From Dudresnaya verticillata (taxonomy: Eukaryota): DNA of 64,000 nt. Each line of letters opens with the position of its first letter. Position 1 is the stretch's first letter. The translations under genes and the position numbers were made by a program. The stretch spans positions 806,001 to 870,000 of the forward strand of contig OZ374564.1 of assembly GCA_977862235.1 (NCBI GenBank), given 5' to 3'. The notes under the pieces were generated by a model. That model did not search any database, was not told the origin of the DNA, and saw nothing but the letters and a program-made list of their open reading frames with translations. Positions 44,481 through 58,400 of this stretch are shown here, piece after piece.

Positions 44481-44925
44481 CAAATCATCGCATTGGAAGC
44501 ATGTAGTACCGAATATGTTTTAGAGTTTGCATGAAGGTTGAAGACGTACTCCCTTGCCACATAGTGTAGCGTAGCTACAACTTAGGACACTGAGGCGTCT
44601 CTAAATAAATCACACATTTCGACAGAGGCGATGCAGATCTGAAACAAAACTCTGCTAGGGCTGTCGGATCTATTCCTTCTCGAGGAAAAGGAGCAAGCGA
44701 CGAAGAGAACTGTATCACGCCCCAGCCATGCCCTGCACACAATCTCAGACGTACACCTGAAAGTAGTTCGGGTTTTAGTAGTGGCACACCAGAACCCGAC
44801 CCTGATGCTACCCCGGCGTTGGCCGCGAGTACTAACACAAAGGGTGACGTGGAACGAACGCCAGATGCTGATGGCTCGGAAATAGAGCACGGTGACGAGC
44901 AATCAGATGCTGCGACGTTGAATCT

Positions 44926-47900
44926 TGTTGAGGACATGGTCGCTGGCGCCTCACGTCACGGGTCAGGTACCCCAGATGGTACCCTGGCACGCTGTCACCA
45001 AACCTTCCGGAGACGACAGCCCTTTTTCCGGGCTTCCAAAATCACGGCGCATTTAGGCCTTTTGCAAAAGCAACGTGAAACGGGCTTCTGATTGGTTGTT
45101 ACAAACCGCCTCCATGGTCTATATGGCTTACAAGTGTTGTGCTGGAATTGGCGGTTATAACAGGAACGGCCAAGTGGAACGATCTGATTGGACCACATGG
45201 ATGCACGTGGTATGGCATGGAATGGTATTGGTATGACGCGCACTGTACTCCACAAGTACACATGAACGTGCCATGCAATGTGCTGATGGCGTCCGAGTTG
45301 GTACTGCAGGGACTTGCGCTACGTGGAGCCTGACTTGTGATATCAGGAGATGCAGTTGTCGTGCGGCCGACACGTTGGTTTACAGTTTGCACGTAGCTGT
45401 CGTGCGGCCGACATGTTGGTTTACAGTTTGCACGTAGCTGTCGTGCGGCCGACACGTTGGTTTACAGTTGCCACGTAGGTGTCGTGCGGCCGACACGTTG
45501 GTTTACAGCTGCCACGTAGGCAAATCTGGGTGATTACGTGGTCAATGATCCAAGTTGGATATTCATGGACGGACTTGAGCTGGTAAGTGCGGCCACGTGG
45601 TGTGCAGTGTTGTCCGACAGCAGCCATGCGGGGACACTCGATACTTTCGAGTTCCCGCCCAAAGTTGGAGTACATATGGATGGCAGGAAATGCGGTTGCA
45701 AGAGGGATTGCTGATGTCAGCAGTTAGCAACACTGGTGTGCAAGTTCCCGCCCATTTTGGTGGCGGATGTGAGTGTGCTGAGAGCATGATTTGGTAGATT
45801 TAATTGCTTTACTTTTTCGCGCCCATTTGATAATAGGGATTTTGGGCGTTTCTTTAATGATTTGTTTTGTTTGTGTTCAAGCAGCAACTCATCCGAAAAG
45901 CTGATATAAGCCTTGTCGGATGGTCGGCTGCAGTAAACGAAGTCAAGCGACTTCCATTTCTCATCTTGTTCACCTTCAACCTCTCCATATTCCTCTTCAG
46001 GTTATGGGCCCAGAAGGTCGACCTACGCAGACTTCATCGCTTCGCTGCAACCTTCTTCCTTTTTCTTTTCATTCTTGATACTGTCCTGTCCCGTCCTGGC
46101 CTGTCCTGTCTGCTTGTGTCCTGTCTTGTCGGCTTGTGTCCTGTCCTGTCTGCTTGTTGTCTGTTGAAAGTGGTCCCTATCCCACTGTGTCGGCTTGTGT
46201 CTCTGATTTTGTGAGAGAGTTCTCGAGGCTCTCGTCCGCTGTTGTCTTGGTCCGTGAGCTTGCTGAGAGGTTGAGTGTTGTGCGTGGTGACTCTCGTTAA
46301 GTCAGGACCTCGTTGGCCTAGGGGAGCAGCCTCCAGTAAGATCCAGAACCTTGACACGGTTGGGCCTAGTTCCATTCCTGCAAGAGACTGGACCTGTTCG
46401 TGTGGTGAACACTCGTTTTGAGTTAGTACCCATAAGGTGGACGTCTCGTAAGGATTGCATACTTCGTGTCTGTGTGCGCACGACACGAAAGGGCTGCTGA
46501 AAGACGCATTTCACCCGGAGAATCATATCCGGGGGCCAGGAGTCCGACTCCTAGGGGTGACTAGGTAGAACCTGGTGCCAGAACATCCCGCGTCAAAAAG
46601 ACGTTCAACTATCAAGAATCAACTTTTCAACTTCAAGTTTCAACTTTTCTTCTTCAGTCCAGGTGATCCCATCATCACCTGAGAGTTTCATTACTCCAAG
46701 CGTGGGAGCTACTTGGCAAAGTGTGCTCCGCTTGTGACTGTATTATATTACCGACGTGTTCGACACATTTCTCAGTTTCGTCGTCACGTCTTCGTTGTGT
46801 GAGCTGCACTGCTCTGCTTAGCACGACTATTACCCTCTGGGCATCGACACTGTAGCACTAACAGCACTGCCCCAAGTTCACCAAGTTTTCTAAAACTATT
46901 CAAGTTATCTCTTCTCACCATCAGTCCCAACAGCTATGACTGATACCGAAGCCGAGATGGATACTTCGAGCGGGGTCAAGATACCCCGTTTCCACGGCAG
47001 GAGAGGTGACGACTACGGTCTCTGGCGTCATCGCCTTCGTGCCGCATGCCGCATCAAAGGGGTTTGGAATGTTGTCCACACCTCAAACGACACACCGAGC
47101 AGCTCACAGTCAACTGGAGAGGCCTCAGCGGATACTTCCATTCTTCACGCCAGAACCTTGGCCAAACGTGAGAAGGCTTGCGGGATCATTATCTCCGCAC
47201 TTGGTGATGCTCCGCTTCGTGTCGTTATGGAGGTTGATGATGACCCCAAACGCATGCTGGAGCTATTGAACTCGCGCTATGCGTCCAGTCGAACCGTATC
47301 CCGTATCGCCGTACAGACCAAGCTATTCCGTATGACGTACACCGGTCAGAATATGTCCAACTATGTCGACCAGTACACGTCACTGTTCGCCCAACTCGAC
47401 CTCATGGGCAACGACTCGGCGATACCGGAGACACATAAGGCACCTATGCTGCTTGCTTCCATTGATCCGTCCTGCCACCTGGAGTCAACAGCTGCAGCTC
47501 TTCGCACCAAAGATGCTGCTGAGCTGACTTGGGACTACGTCGCAACCACGCTGATCGATGAGTACAACGCCAAAGATTCTCATGGATCAAACGCAGGTGG
47601 GAGATCCAGTAAGTCGAAGAGTCGTCGGAAGAAGAAAAAGAAGTCCGCGTCGTCAGGTTCTCGCCAGCAACACAACCCGCTGGATGACAACGACGACTCC
47701 GATGACTCTTCTGATATTGAATCCACCGTCCGTGCGTTGGCGGTTGCACTCAAGTCCGCCAAGCAGGCTCACTCCACCCCGAACCGGCACCTTCACTGTG
47801 ATGTTTGCGACAAGGATGGACACACCGCGGATCGATGCTATCTAAATCCGGAAAATCCTAACAACAAGCTTCCTCCAAAGGTGCGACAGATGTTCACCAA

Positions 47901-50900
47901 CCAGGGCAAAAAGGGCAACGCCAACTCGGCGGTAGCTGCATCTGGTAAGAATAATGGTAAATCTGCAAAGGTAGAAATCGCCGGTGCATCGGTTGAGATG
48001 ACTACTGTTGTTCCTCCGAACGACCAAGGAACGTATGCCGACAGTGGAGCAACTGTGCATTGCTTCCACTCAATGAATTCTTTTGTACCGAGCTCAGTAT
48101 CGCGCTGCGAAAAGCGTACTGTAGTGCTTGCGGACAAGTCGTCTGTCACCTCAGACCTATGTGGAGATGTGATTCTGCCGTTTGAGCATGCCAATATTCG
48201 GCTCAAGAAGGCCCTCTTCATCCCGCAGATGGGATACAATCTTGTCTCTACTGGGCGTTTGGCAGATAAAGGAATTGAATCACACTTTCGCCGCTTGGAC
48301 GTGCGCTTGGTACTCGACTCTGATGGGTACTATATTGGATCCGGTGTTCGCGATCGAGTTCTGGAATGTACATGCTACCAGAACCCGAGCTGCACACTTC
48401 GGAGGAGCAAGTACTGGCTGTCCCCAGCACGGAGCAAACTACTGAGCTCTGGCATCGACGTCTTGCCCACATTAATTTTCGGGACTTGGCCAAAGTGCAC
48501 GAGCATGTTGAGGGTGTTCCGGAGTTGGGCTCCACTCATGAAGTGTGTCGGGCTTGTAGACTTGGGAAAGCACACAAACAATCATTCCCAGGGCACTTCC
48601 GCCCGGCCAAAGCTGTCGGTGATCTCGTGCATTCCGACATTGTTGGTCCAATCCAGATCTCCTTTCCCGATCGTTTCCGGTATGCCACGACGTTTCTGGA
48701 TGATAAATCCCGTTTCTTGGTCGTCGCATGTATGAGAAGTCGCCGTATGTTGAGTGCGGCCTTTGATCAAGCTTCAGCAAAGTTTATCGAGCTTGGAGGA
48801 GCAGAAATAACAAAACTACACTCAGACGGGGCTCAGGAGTATTTGGCTTTGCAGAAAGATTTGGGAGGAGTTGGAGACAGTGGCAAATCCTTCTCCCCAC
48901 CTTATACTCCGGAGCTCAATGGAATCGCGGAAAGGGTGAACCGAACCATGGTGGAAGCTGCCCTGACTTTGCTGATCCAGGCTGATCTACCGGGATGTTT
49001 GTGGCCGTTTGCACTGAAGCATGTCAACTACGTGCGCAATCGGGTACCACACTCAACCGTTGGGGCTACGCCATACTCGGTCATGACAGGTGATGTTCCT
49101 GATTTAAAACATTTAAGAGTGTTTGGATGTGCTGCATATGTCCTAAGGCTCCCACGCGGATCCAAGTTCGAGTCTCGTGCACTTGAGGGGGTGCACTTGG
49201 AGACTCTAGAGCATGGGATCTACAGGATATTGGTCACTGGCGGTGACGGTATACCTCGTGTGGTTGAGTCGCGGCATGTCACATTCGACGAGTCCAAATT
49301 CCCGGGTGCTCCAAGCCTGTTGGAATATGGGCAGGACGAGGCAGATTCGGATGAAGATTACGAGTCTAACTCAGAGGCCTCTATTTTCAACTCGGACTCT
49401 GATGACGATGTGTCGCTGGGTAACTTTGAGGATGAAGAGGATGCGATTGAAGTTGACACACCTTCTTCAGCTCCACTACCTCCATCAGAACCCAGCTCAT
49501 TCGAATCTGATGACACGGCTGAGGAAGAAAACGTCTCTGACAGTCCTCCGGCTGGTGTGAGTTCAGATCCAGAACGCCAGCAACAGAGTCGATATCCTCG
49601 TGGCCAACGTCGCCAGACGTCGAAATGGTTTATGGCAAGCTCTGCACAAGCTGAACAACAGGTTGCCCTCACAACGGGAGATGAGCCCACTCTTCGAGAG
49701 GCCATGTCTGCCACTCCGGAGGAGCGCGGGTTGTGGCAATCTGCCATTGATGATGAGTTCGCATCCTTGGAATCCAAAGGCACTTGGGTCCGTGATGACA
49801 GTCCCGATGCACAGCCGCTTCCAACGCACGCCGTGCTGAAAGTTAAACGCAAGTCCGACGGGACGGTCGAGCGCTTCAAAGCGCGGGTCGTCGCTGGTGG
49901 AAACTTCCAGACGTATGGTGAAGACTACATGGAAACATACGCCCCAGTTGTGTCGTTCTCGCTGGTGCGCATGTTCCTATACTTGGTACTGTGTTTGAAC
50001 CTGTTTGTTGCACAGCTAGACGTGAAGACGGCTTTCCTGAATGGTGATCTGGCAGAACACGTGTGGGTAATGTCACCGCGTGGGATTCCTGGAAGGGAAT
50101 CTCTCTGTTACAAACTTCTGAAAGCTATGTATGGGCTAAAACAGGCTCACCTAGCTTGGCACACCAAGCTGTGTGGTGACCTTGCTAGGATGATGTTTGA
50201 GGAATTGCCAAGTGCGCCTTGCGTGTTTCGTCGCAGATCCAAGTCTTCTGGATATACATACATCTTGGTGTACGTTGATGACTTGCTCATTCTGGCGCCC
50301 ACAAAATCGGAGAGAGACGCCATTGTTAAGGAGCTGCAGGGCCTCTACGATCTACGGCTGTCTGAAGGGGTTGACCTCTTCCTCGGAGTCGAGCTTGGAT
50401 GGGAGCTAGACTCTGATGGCAGATTTGTGTCTCTCAAGATGACTCAACAGGTCTACACGGAAAGTGTTCTTCGTCGATTTGGACTTCAGAACTCTAAGCC
50501 GGCTTGTACGCCAATGGTTGAGTCTTTCTTCACTGGACTTGCCGCCGAGGAGGACAAGGCTGTCGTGTCGGTTGAGACGTACCAGCAGATGATCGGGTCA
50601 CTTCTATATTTGGGGCTTCGCACAAGGCTGGACATTTTGGCCTCTGCGCTTATTCTCGCACGGTTCCAGAAGGCTCCAACTGCGTACTGTCACCGCGGTG
50701 CAAAGAGGGTTCTGCGATATCTTCGAGGCACTCACAAGCATGGAGTTACGTACCAGTCCGGAACCACTCGTATCCAAGCTTATGTGGACGCTGACTATGC
50801 CGGTGACACCACAGACCGAAAATCTATGTCTGGTTACATGGTGAAACTGGGAGATGCAGTGTGTATTTGGGGATCCAAGAAGCAGTCAACTGTTGCTCTC

Positions 50901-52284
50901 TCAACTTGCGAGTCGGAGTACTATGCAATGACTCTGGCTGCGAAAGAGACGGTTTGGGTCTCGCGAGTGCTGAAGGAGGCCGACTTGAACGTCGAAGGCC
51001 CCGTTCCATTGAGATCAGACAACCAGTCTGCCATCAATTGGGCTACTGGAGAACGCAGTCCATCTGGTCGTGCCAAGCATATCGACGTTCGTGTACACTT
51101 CATTCGCGAACTTGTCGCCGACTCTGTTCTGGAAGTGGTGTATGTGCCGTCAGAAGACAACGACGCGGACTTGCTGACAAAGCCACTCGGCCCCACTTTG
51201 CTCAATAGGATTCTACCAAGGGTTGGACTTGGAGGAGCCATCGAGGAGGAGTGTTGAGGACATGGTCGCTGGCGCCTCACGTCACGGGTCAGGTACCCCA
51301 GATGGTACCCTGGCACGCTTTCACCAAACCTTCCGGAGACGACAGCCCTTTTTCCGGGCTTCCAAAATCACGGCGCATTTAGGCCTTTTGCAAAAGCAAC
51401 GTGAAACGGGCTTCTGATTGGTTGTTACAAACCGCCTCCATGGTCTATATGGCTTACAAGTGTTGTGCTGGAATTGGCGGTTATAACAGGAACGGCCAAG
51501 TGGAACGATCTGATTGGACCACATGGATGCACGTGGTATGGCATGGAATGGTGTTGGTATGACTCGCACTGTACTCCACAAGTACACATGAACGTGCCAT
51601 GCAATGTGCTGATGGCGTCCGAGTTGGTACTGCAGGGACTTGCGCTACGTGGAGCCTGACTTGTGATATCAGGAGATGCAGTTGTCGTGCGGCCGACACG
51701 TTGGTTTACAGTTGGCACGTAGCTGTCGTGCGGCCGACACGTTGGTTTACAGTTATCACGTAGCTGTCGTGCGGCCGACACGTTGGTTTACAGCTGCCAC
51801 GTAGGCAAATCTGGGTGATTACGTGGTCAATGATCCAAGTTGGATATTCATGGACGGACTTGAGCTGGTAAGTGCGGCCACGTGGTGTGCAGTGTTGTCT
51901 GACAGCAGCCATGCGGGGATACTCGATACTTTCACGTTCCCGCCCAAAGTTGGAGTACATATGGATGGCAGGAAATGCGGTCGCAAGAGGGATTGCTGAT
52001 GTCAGCAGTTAGCAACACTGGTGTGCAAGTTCCCGCCCATTTTGGTGGCGGATGTGAGTGTGCTGAGAGCATGATTTGGTAGATTTAATTGCTTTACTTT
52101 TTCCCGCCCATTTGATGATAGGGATTTTGGGCGTTTCTTTAATGATTTGTTTTGTTTGTGTTCACGCAGCAACTCATCCGAAAAGCTGATATAAGCCATG
52201 TCGGATGGTCGACTGCAGTAAACGAAGTCAAGCGACTTCCATTTCTCATCTTGTTCAACTCCAACCTCTCCATATTCCTTTTCA
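44926..52284 (+). mobile_element. Ty1/Copia LTR retrotransposon, full length, frameshifted (unit 3)
   Basis: LTRs at 44926-45999 and 51252-52284; PBS at 46000-46013. Confidence 0.97.
46936..51257 (+). pseudogene. Copia gag-pol with a 1-bp deletion between protease and integrase (unit 3)
   Basis: CGCGATCGAG at ~48349-48358 versus CGCGATGCGAG in units 1 and 2; ORF splits into 46936-48735 and 48366-51257. Confidence 0.9.
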
Positions 52285-53224
52285 TCATCGCTGTTGGGAC
52301 TGATGGTGAGAAGAGATAACTTGAATAGTTTTAGAAAACCTGGTGAACTTGGGGCAGTGCTGTTAGTGCAACAGTGCCGATGCCCAGAGGGTAATAGTCG
52401 TGTTAAGCAGAGCAGTGCAGCTCACACAACGAAGACGTGACGACGAAACTGAGAAATGTGTCGAACACGTCGGTAATATAATACAGTCAGAAGCGGAGCA
52501 CACTTTGCCAAGTAGCTCCCACGCTTGGAGTAATGAAACTCTCAGGTGATGATGGGATCACCTGGACTGAAGAAGAAAAGTTGAAACTTGAAGTTGAAAA
52601 GTTGATTCTTGATAGTTGAACGTCTTTTTGACGCGGGATGTTCTGGCACCAGGTTCTACCTAGTCACCCCTAGGAGTCGGACTCCTGGCCCCCGGATATG
52701 ATTCTCCGGGTGAAATGCGTCTTTCAGCAGCCCTTTCGTGTCGTGCGCACACAGACACGAAGTATGCAATCCTTACGAGACGTCCACCTTATGGGTACTA
52801 ACTCAAAACGAGTGTTCACCACACGAACAGGTCCAGTCTCTTGCAGGAATGGAACTAGGCCCAACCGTGTCAAGGTTCTGGATCTTACTGGAGGCTGCTC
52901 CCCTAGGCCAACGAGGTCCTGACTTAACGAGAGTCACCACGCACAACACTCAACCTCTCAGCAAGCTCACGGACCAAGACAACAGCGGACGAGAGCCTCG
53001 AGAACTCTCTCACAAAATAAGAGACACAAGCCGACACAGTGGGATAGGGACCACTTTCAACAGACAACAAGCAGACAGGACAGGACACAAGCCGACAAGA
53101 CAGGACACAAGCAGACAGGACAGGCCAGGACGGGACAGGACAGTATCAAGAATGAAAAGAAAAAGGAAGAAGGTTGCAGCGAAGCGATGAAGTCTGCGTA
53201 GGTCGACCTTCTGGGCCCATAACC
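52285..53224 (-). mobile_element. Extra Copia PBS+leader+ATGA segment, 940 bp, reverse orientation (unit 3)
   Basis: Same junctions as unit 1 (TTTTCA|TCATCGCTGTTGGG ... CATAACC|TGAAAA). Confidence 0.95.
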
Positions 53225-54257
53225 TGAAAAGGAATATGGAGAGGTTGGAGTTGAACAAGATGAGAAATGGAAGTCGCTTGACTTCGTTTACTGCAGTCGA
53301 CCATCCGACATGGCTTATATCAGCTTTTCGGATGAGTTGCTGCGTGAACACAAACAAAACAAATCATTAAAGAAACGCCCAAAATCCCTATCATCAAATG
53401 GGCGGGAAAAAGTAAAGCAATTAAATCTACCAAATCATGCTCTCAGCACACTCACATCCGCCACCAAAATGGGCGGGAACTTGCACACCAGTGTTGCTAA
53501 CTGCTGACATCAGCAATCCCTCTTGCAACCGCATTTCCTGCCATCCATATGTACTCCAATTTTGGGCGGGAACTCGAAAGTATCGAGTGTCCCCGCATGG
53601 CTGCTGTCGGACAACACTGCACACCACGTGGCCGCACTTACCAGCTCAAGTCCGTCCATGAATATCCAACTTGGATCATTGACCACGTAATCACCCAGAT
53701 TTGCCTACGTGGCAGCTGTAAACCAACGTGTCGGCCGCACGACAGCTACGTGATAACTGTAAACCAACGTGTCGGCCGCACGACAGCTACGTGCCAACTG
53801 TAAACCAACGTGTCGGCCGCACGACAACTGCATCTCCTGATATCACAAGTCAGGCTCCACGTAGCGCAAGTCCCTGCAGTACCAACTCGGACGCCATCAG
53901 CACATTGCATGGCACGTTCATGTGTACTTGTGGAGTACAGTGCGAGTCATACCAACACCATTCCATGCCATACCACGTGCATCCATGTGGTCCAATCAGA
54001 TCGTTCCACTTGGCCGTTCCTGTTATAACCGCCAATTCCAGCACAACACTTGTAAGCCATATAGACCATGGAGGCGGTTTGTAACAACCAATCAGAAGCC
54101 CGTTTCACGTTGCTTTTGCAAAAGGCCTAAATGCGCCGTGATTTTGGAAGCCCGGAAAAAGGGCTGTCGTCTCCGGAAGGTTTGGTGACAGCGTGCCAGG
54201 GTGCCATCTGGGGTGCCTGACCCGTGACGTGAGGCGCCAGCGACCATGTCCTCAACA
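53225..54257 (-). repeat. Third Copia LTR, inverted, 1033 bp (unit 3)
   Basis: TGAAAAGG...CCTCAACA. Confidence 0.95.
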
Positions 54258-55497
54258 GGGGACAAGAATACATCTGACCACAATCTGGAAGCCGACATCC
54301 TGAAGTCGTTCAGAATAACCATCAGATGCGGTGGTAGATATTCGACAAGAATGTTCGCGAGGGTGTTGGGGACCGATACGACGACACACCGTATGGAACG
54401 CCTGCATCACAGTCCGGTGCAGGGAAACAGTATGACAACTATATGAGTGATTCTGAAATATCTGAGCTTGCAGAAATGTGCAGGCAATCCGTTATGCCGG
54501 GAGGGTGGGTGTTCATGTTCGTCTCCTCCAGAAATTCGAACCTATAAGGCAGGCTCTTCTCAAGGCCGGATTCATTTGCCCAACGTACGCCTTTTCGATT
54601 GCAAAGGATACACGCACGGTTCAAGAGAGGCGAGGAAATGAATGTCCCCAAAATGGCCATGAAATTGCCGTCATGGGAAGGGCCCCAGGGCAGCACCCTA
54701 AACGCTTCCGAGTGGATTTTCGAAGCCCATACCAATTTGTGAAGGCCTCCGAAAGGAGAAAGTTTGCATACATGTCCCAAATTCCTGTTTCTAAGAAGAA
54801 GCTTCTTAAACCGGGTAGCAAATCTCCGGTGCTTACGGAGGAGAAGAATGTTCAGCTGTTAGTGGAATTGTTGACGACCTTCTGCCCTGAGGGAGGTGCC
54901 ATTCTGGACATGTATGCCGGAACGATGACAACTGCAATTGCAGCTATGCAGACTGGTAGGAAGTGCATCTGCATAGAGCAGAGTCTACAGACGTACAGGC
55001 TTGCAGTTGCACGCTTGAAAAGGATAGCAGGTGATCATCGCAAATTGTCGGATGGGAGGGAAGTAACACCACTGTGCCCTGGTAGAGAGGAACAGGCCCT
55101 GGGAGAAGACCAGGGAGCAGCTGTGGAAATTCCGCAACAGAAACTGCTCGGGAATGAGGCCGAGAAGGATTCGGATTGTATTGCAGGAGGTGATGCTGTT
55201 GTTCTGGAGGTTGGGAAGAACGTTGTTGGGAAGGCAAAAGTCCAATTCGGGGCAACTTCTGAAGAAAAAGTTCGCAAGCAGATTCATCTGAAGCAAGTGT
55301 CAGAATATGAAAAGGCAGGACAGGAACTCATTGCGGTTTACGCCCTCGAATTTGATTCATCCTTTACCACGTTAGCGTATCTGTATATCTTTCATGTTCC
55401 GAACGACCGCCCTGCCACGAGCCTAGGTGGGCTAGACGGATTCTTTGAATGGGATCTCCATGCGATGGAATCCAACGCGCGATGCGAGCAGAAATGA
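54258..55497 (+). pseudogene. Beta-class N4C/N6A DNA methyltransferase-like gene, frameshifted (unit 3)
   Basis: Copy of 11147-12386. Confidence 0.8.
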
Positions 55498-58400
55498 GAT
55501 TAAAGCAATGTTGAGCATAAGAATTGTTCGCTTGAATGGTATGCTACGCCAGTGCGTGGTATCGCAAGCCATAAGCACATGCTGCTCTTCCAAGGAGGCC
55601 GTATACTGCCGCCGACAGCAATATCCCTGTAAAAGTCCACAGCGCAAAAGGTGCATCCTCGCTCGGTCGCAATTAAGCAGCACGTTTTCCTTCACAAGGA
55701 TCTGCAGAGTCCCACCGACGCTCTTTTAGCGCATGTGATGAATGTGGAGCGACACGGACGATCTGCCAACAAGCCCGAGTGAGACTGCTGCATTCACAGC
55801 CCCGGTACCGTAGTACAGGTAGTAGCGTAGCAGCAGTACTGTAGTAGTGAGGCGGGTCACAGCACTCGAGTGCTGTGACCCGCACAGATATGTGAAACCA
55901 GAGCTATAATTTGTAGGTGATTGTACTCGCGCAAGACACTTGCGCTTCGCTGCGGGACGAGTGTCGGTCGTTCCGAAATTGCTCCAATCGTGTGAAACCC
56001 TATCAAAATAATGGAGAATGACCAACAGCTTATCAGAAAGCCGCACGTAAATTTCTATTAAACAGGTCATGCACATTCCGAGATCTCAAAAGCTATGATA
56101 GGTCTTACAAAAATCGAGGCCTCATGTGCTGTTCAATAGCCTTCTGAATCTTACTGGTCGAAAAGCAATCATAGGTCTTGCGATTGCCTCGGGCCAAACA
56201 CCTGTTTACTAGAAGCTACGGCTGCTCGAGCCAAGGACCTATTCCGTATTATGGAGAATGCAAGATAGGTTTTCGGCTCGCGCGGCATAAATCGCTCCGG
56301 ATTTGTGCTACGAGATTTGTGGCGGAATACCTCTCGTAATTTACCGTCGGCGCACCAGAAGCGTTTGGCGCCCGTGCCAACCAAGCGCTTGTGGCATTCA
56401 CAGTTAATGCTGAACCGACTTTCTGCGCGTGACGTTGCAAAGCGTGCAGCTTCATTGGCAGCTTCATCGGCCTTTTCGGCGGCCCGTGGGTTTCTTCTAC
56501 CGCGCATCACATCGGTAGCAGAACTTGGTGGGGTGGGAGGTTGCGGCCGCGGTGGGGTGGCAGAAGGGTGGGCGGAAGGGCGGGTGCATTCTGCCAAAAG
56601 GCGGTGGGTGGGTGTGCCAGGCGGCTGCAATAGGCTGTGGTATCAGTGCAGTGCCAGGGTGGCTCTCCCTCTCCCTCTCCCGGTCGCCCTGGCATTTGCG
56701 CTTCGGTGATTTCGACACGTGCCCTGCTGCATGCAGCGCTGCAGCGAATGGGTGGTATCGACAATTTTAGTGCGGCGAAGTAGGCCGGCGATCCTGCGGA
56801 GAGGTAGTTGCGGGCGGAGGGGGGTGACCTGCATGGCCTGGAAGAGGTGCTTTCCTCGGACAAGTTCGCGTCACATCATTCAGATCACGTCAGGGTGCCT
56901 ACTGCGTGCGCACGGGCTACGATTGCGCGTATTCGCGCCCCAGACCCGCCGAGCTCTCCGCATAAGATCAACCAAGTCTGCTAGCTGTTTATCGAGCAGC
57001 TTACTTTTATCGTCTCGCCAAAAGATGACATGGAGGTCTATCGCTTTTCGTCGTTGGAGCATATGGCAACCGTCATGACTTTTGCAATCTTCCGCGACGA
57101 TGATGTCATCGGCTGTGAATTTTCTCCCTGCTTTCGCGCAGTAAGGCGACAACATCACCCATGAAAGCTTGCGCGGTTGTTCTCTAACATCATTGCGTCT
57201 CTTGACGACAAGTGCGAGGATCTGAGGGATACATTTCGGGATGCTTCGTTGGCGCCGTTGGTACCCGTTGGAATAATCATCTTCAACTGTCGAATTAGCG
57301 GAGCGCGTTGTCAACGCGAGTGCGAAGGACCTTCAAGTCCCTCTCTGCAACATGCCGAACGCCTCTGTACGACGAATGAGAAGTTAGAGACGCAATGGTT
57401 GTGGCAATTGGCGCGGCAGTTGAGGTCGCGAGCGACGGATTGCTAAATCATCTCGCAATACAATTGCGAGACCGGGACTATTTGCTACGAAATGCAGCTC
57501 GAAGGCAGGTCATTGGTTTCTATAATAGAAAGCTGTTTCTATAATAGAAAGCTGGGCAGGATATCCAAGCAGCGCAAAAACCAGGAGGGTGGTAATGTTG
57601 GTGACTCGCATACTGGAGAAGACGAAGACTTCAGCCTTGCTTTGCCGAAATCTCGTGACGAATCCGCGTCTAGCATCGATGACAGACTGGAGCGAAGAAT
57701 CAAAAAGAACAGAAACCCGGGTAATGCGACGTAAGCGGTTGCTTGATGTGCCTGTTCAAGCACATACAGCACTGAGGAATGCTGGCGACAATGCCACAGC
57801 TACGGGTATTGAACACGTCATCGACGAAAAGATTCCAGGTTACAAAAGCAATGATGAGCATGTTTCCAGGGTAAGACATGTGCTGCTATGTTCCTTTCAA
57901 ACCCAGAGGGCAGCTGCTTTGCACACGTTATATCATTATCTCATGAACGGCAAAAGGTACGTGAAGCATTGGCGGCAATAGGCAACTACCGTCTTGCCTC
58001 TAGAAGGACCAAATATCAAGTTGCTCAGAATAGCCTATTCTTTCTCACTAAGTGGGGATGATATTGCCAACGAAACTAGCGACGTCACCCCGGCTACGTG
58101 TTCTAAAGGAAAAGCTACTCCAAATAAGCCTGGTTCTTTAAAGATGGACATTTTGGACGCCCATGAAGTATGCGAGAAGAATGCTACAGCTGTTGACGGC
58201 TATTCCCCAGATGGGGATAGGAAATCCGCCCTTCGAGACGCAGTTTCGAGGATTGGTTCCAAGTGGCCTGTGGACACCTGCTTGCAAGAGCAGGTAATTC
58301 CAATATGTCTGCCTGGATTATTTCCGTCTCTCCACTTTATCGCTGCATCTGAGTTGGCTGTAGGAGATAGCAAGCCGTCTTGTCTCTTTGAACAATCAGA

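Larger units (their letters stand above)
39335..44616 (+). mobile_element. Full-length APE-type non-LTR retrotransposon, second complete copy (5' boundary uncertain)
   Basis: Copy of 17779-23060. Confidence 0.8.
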
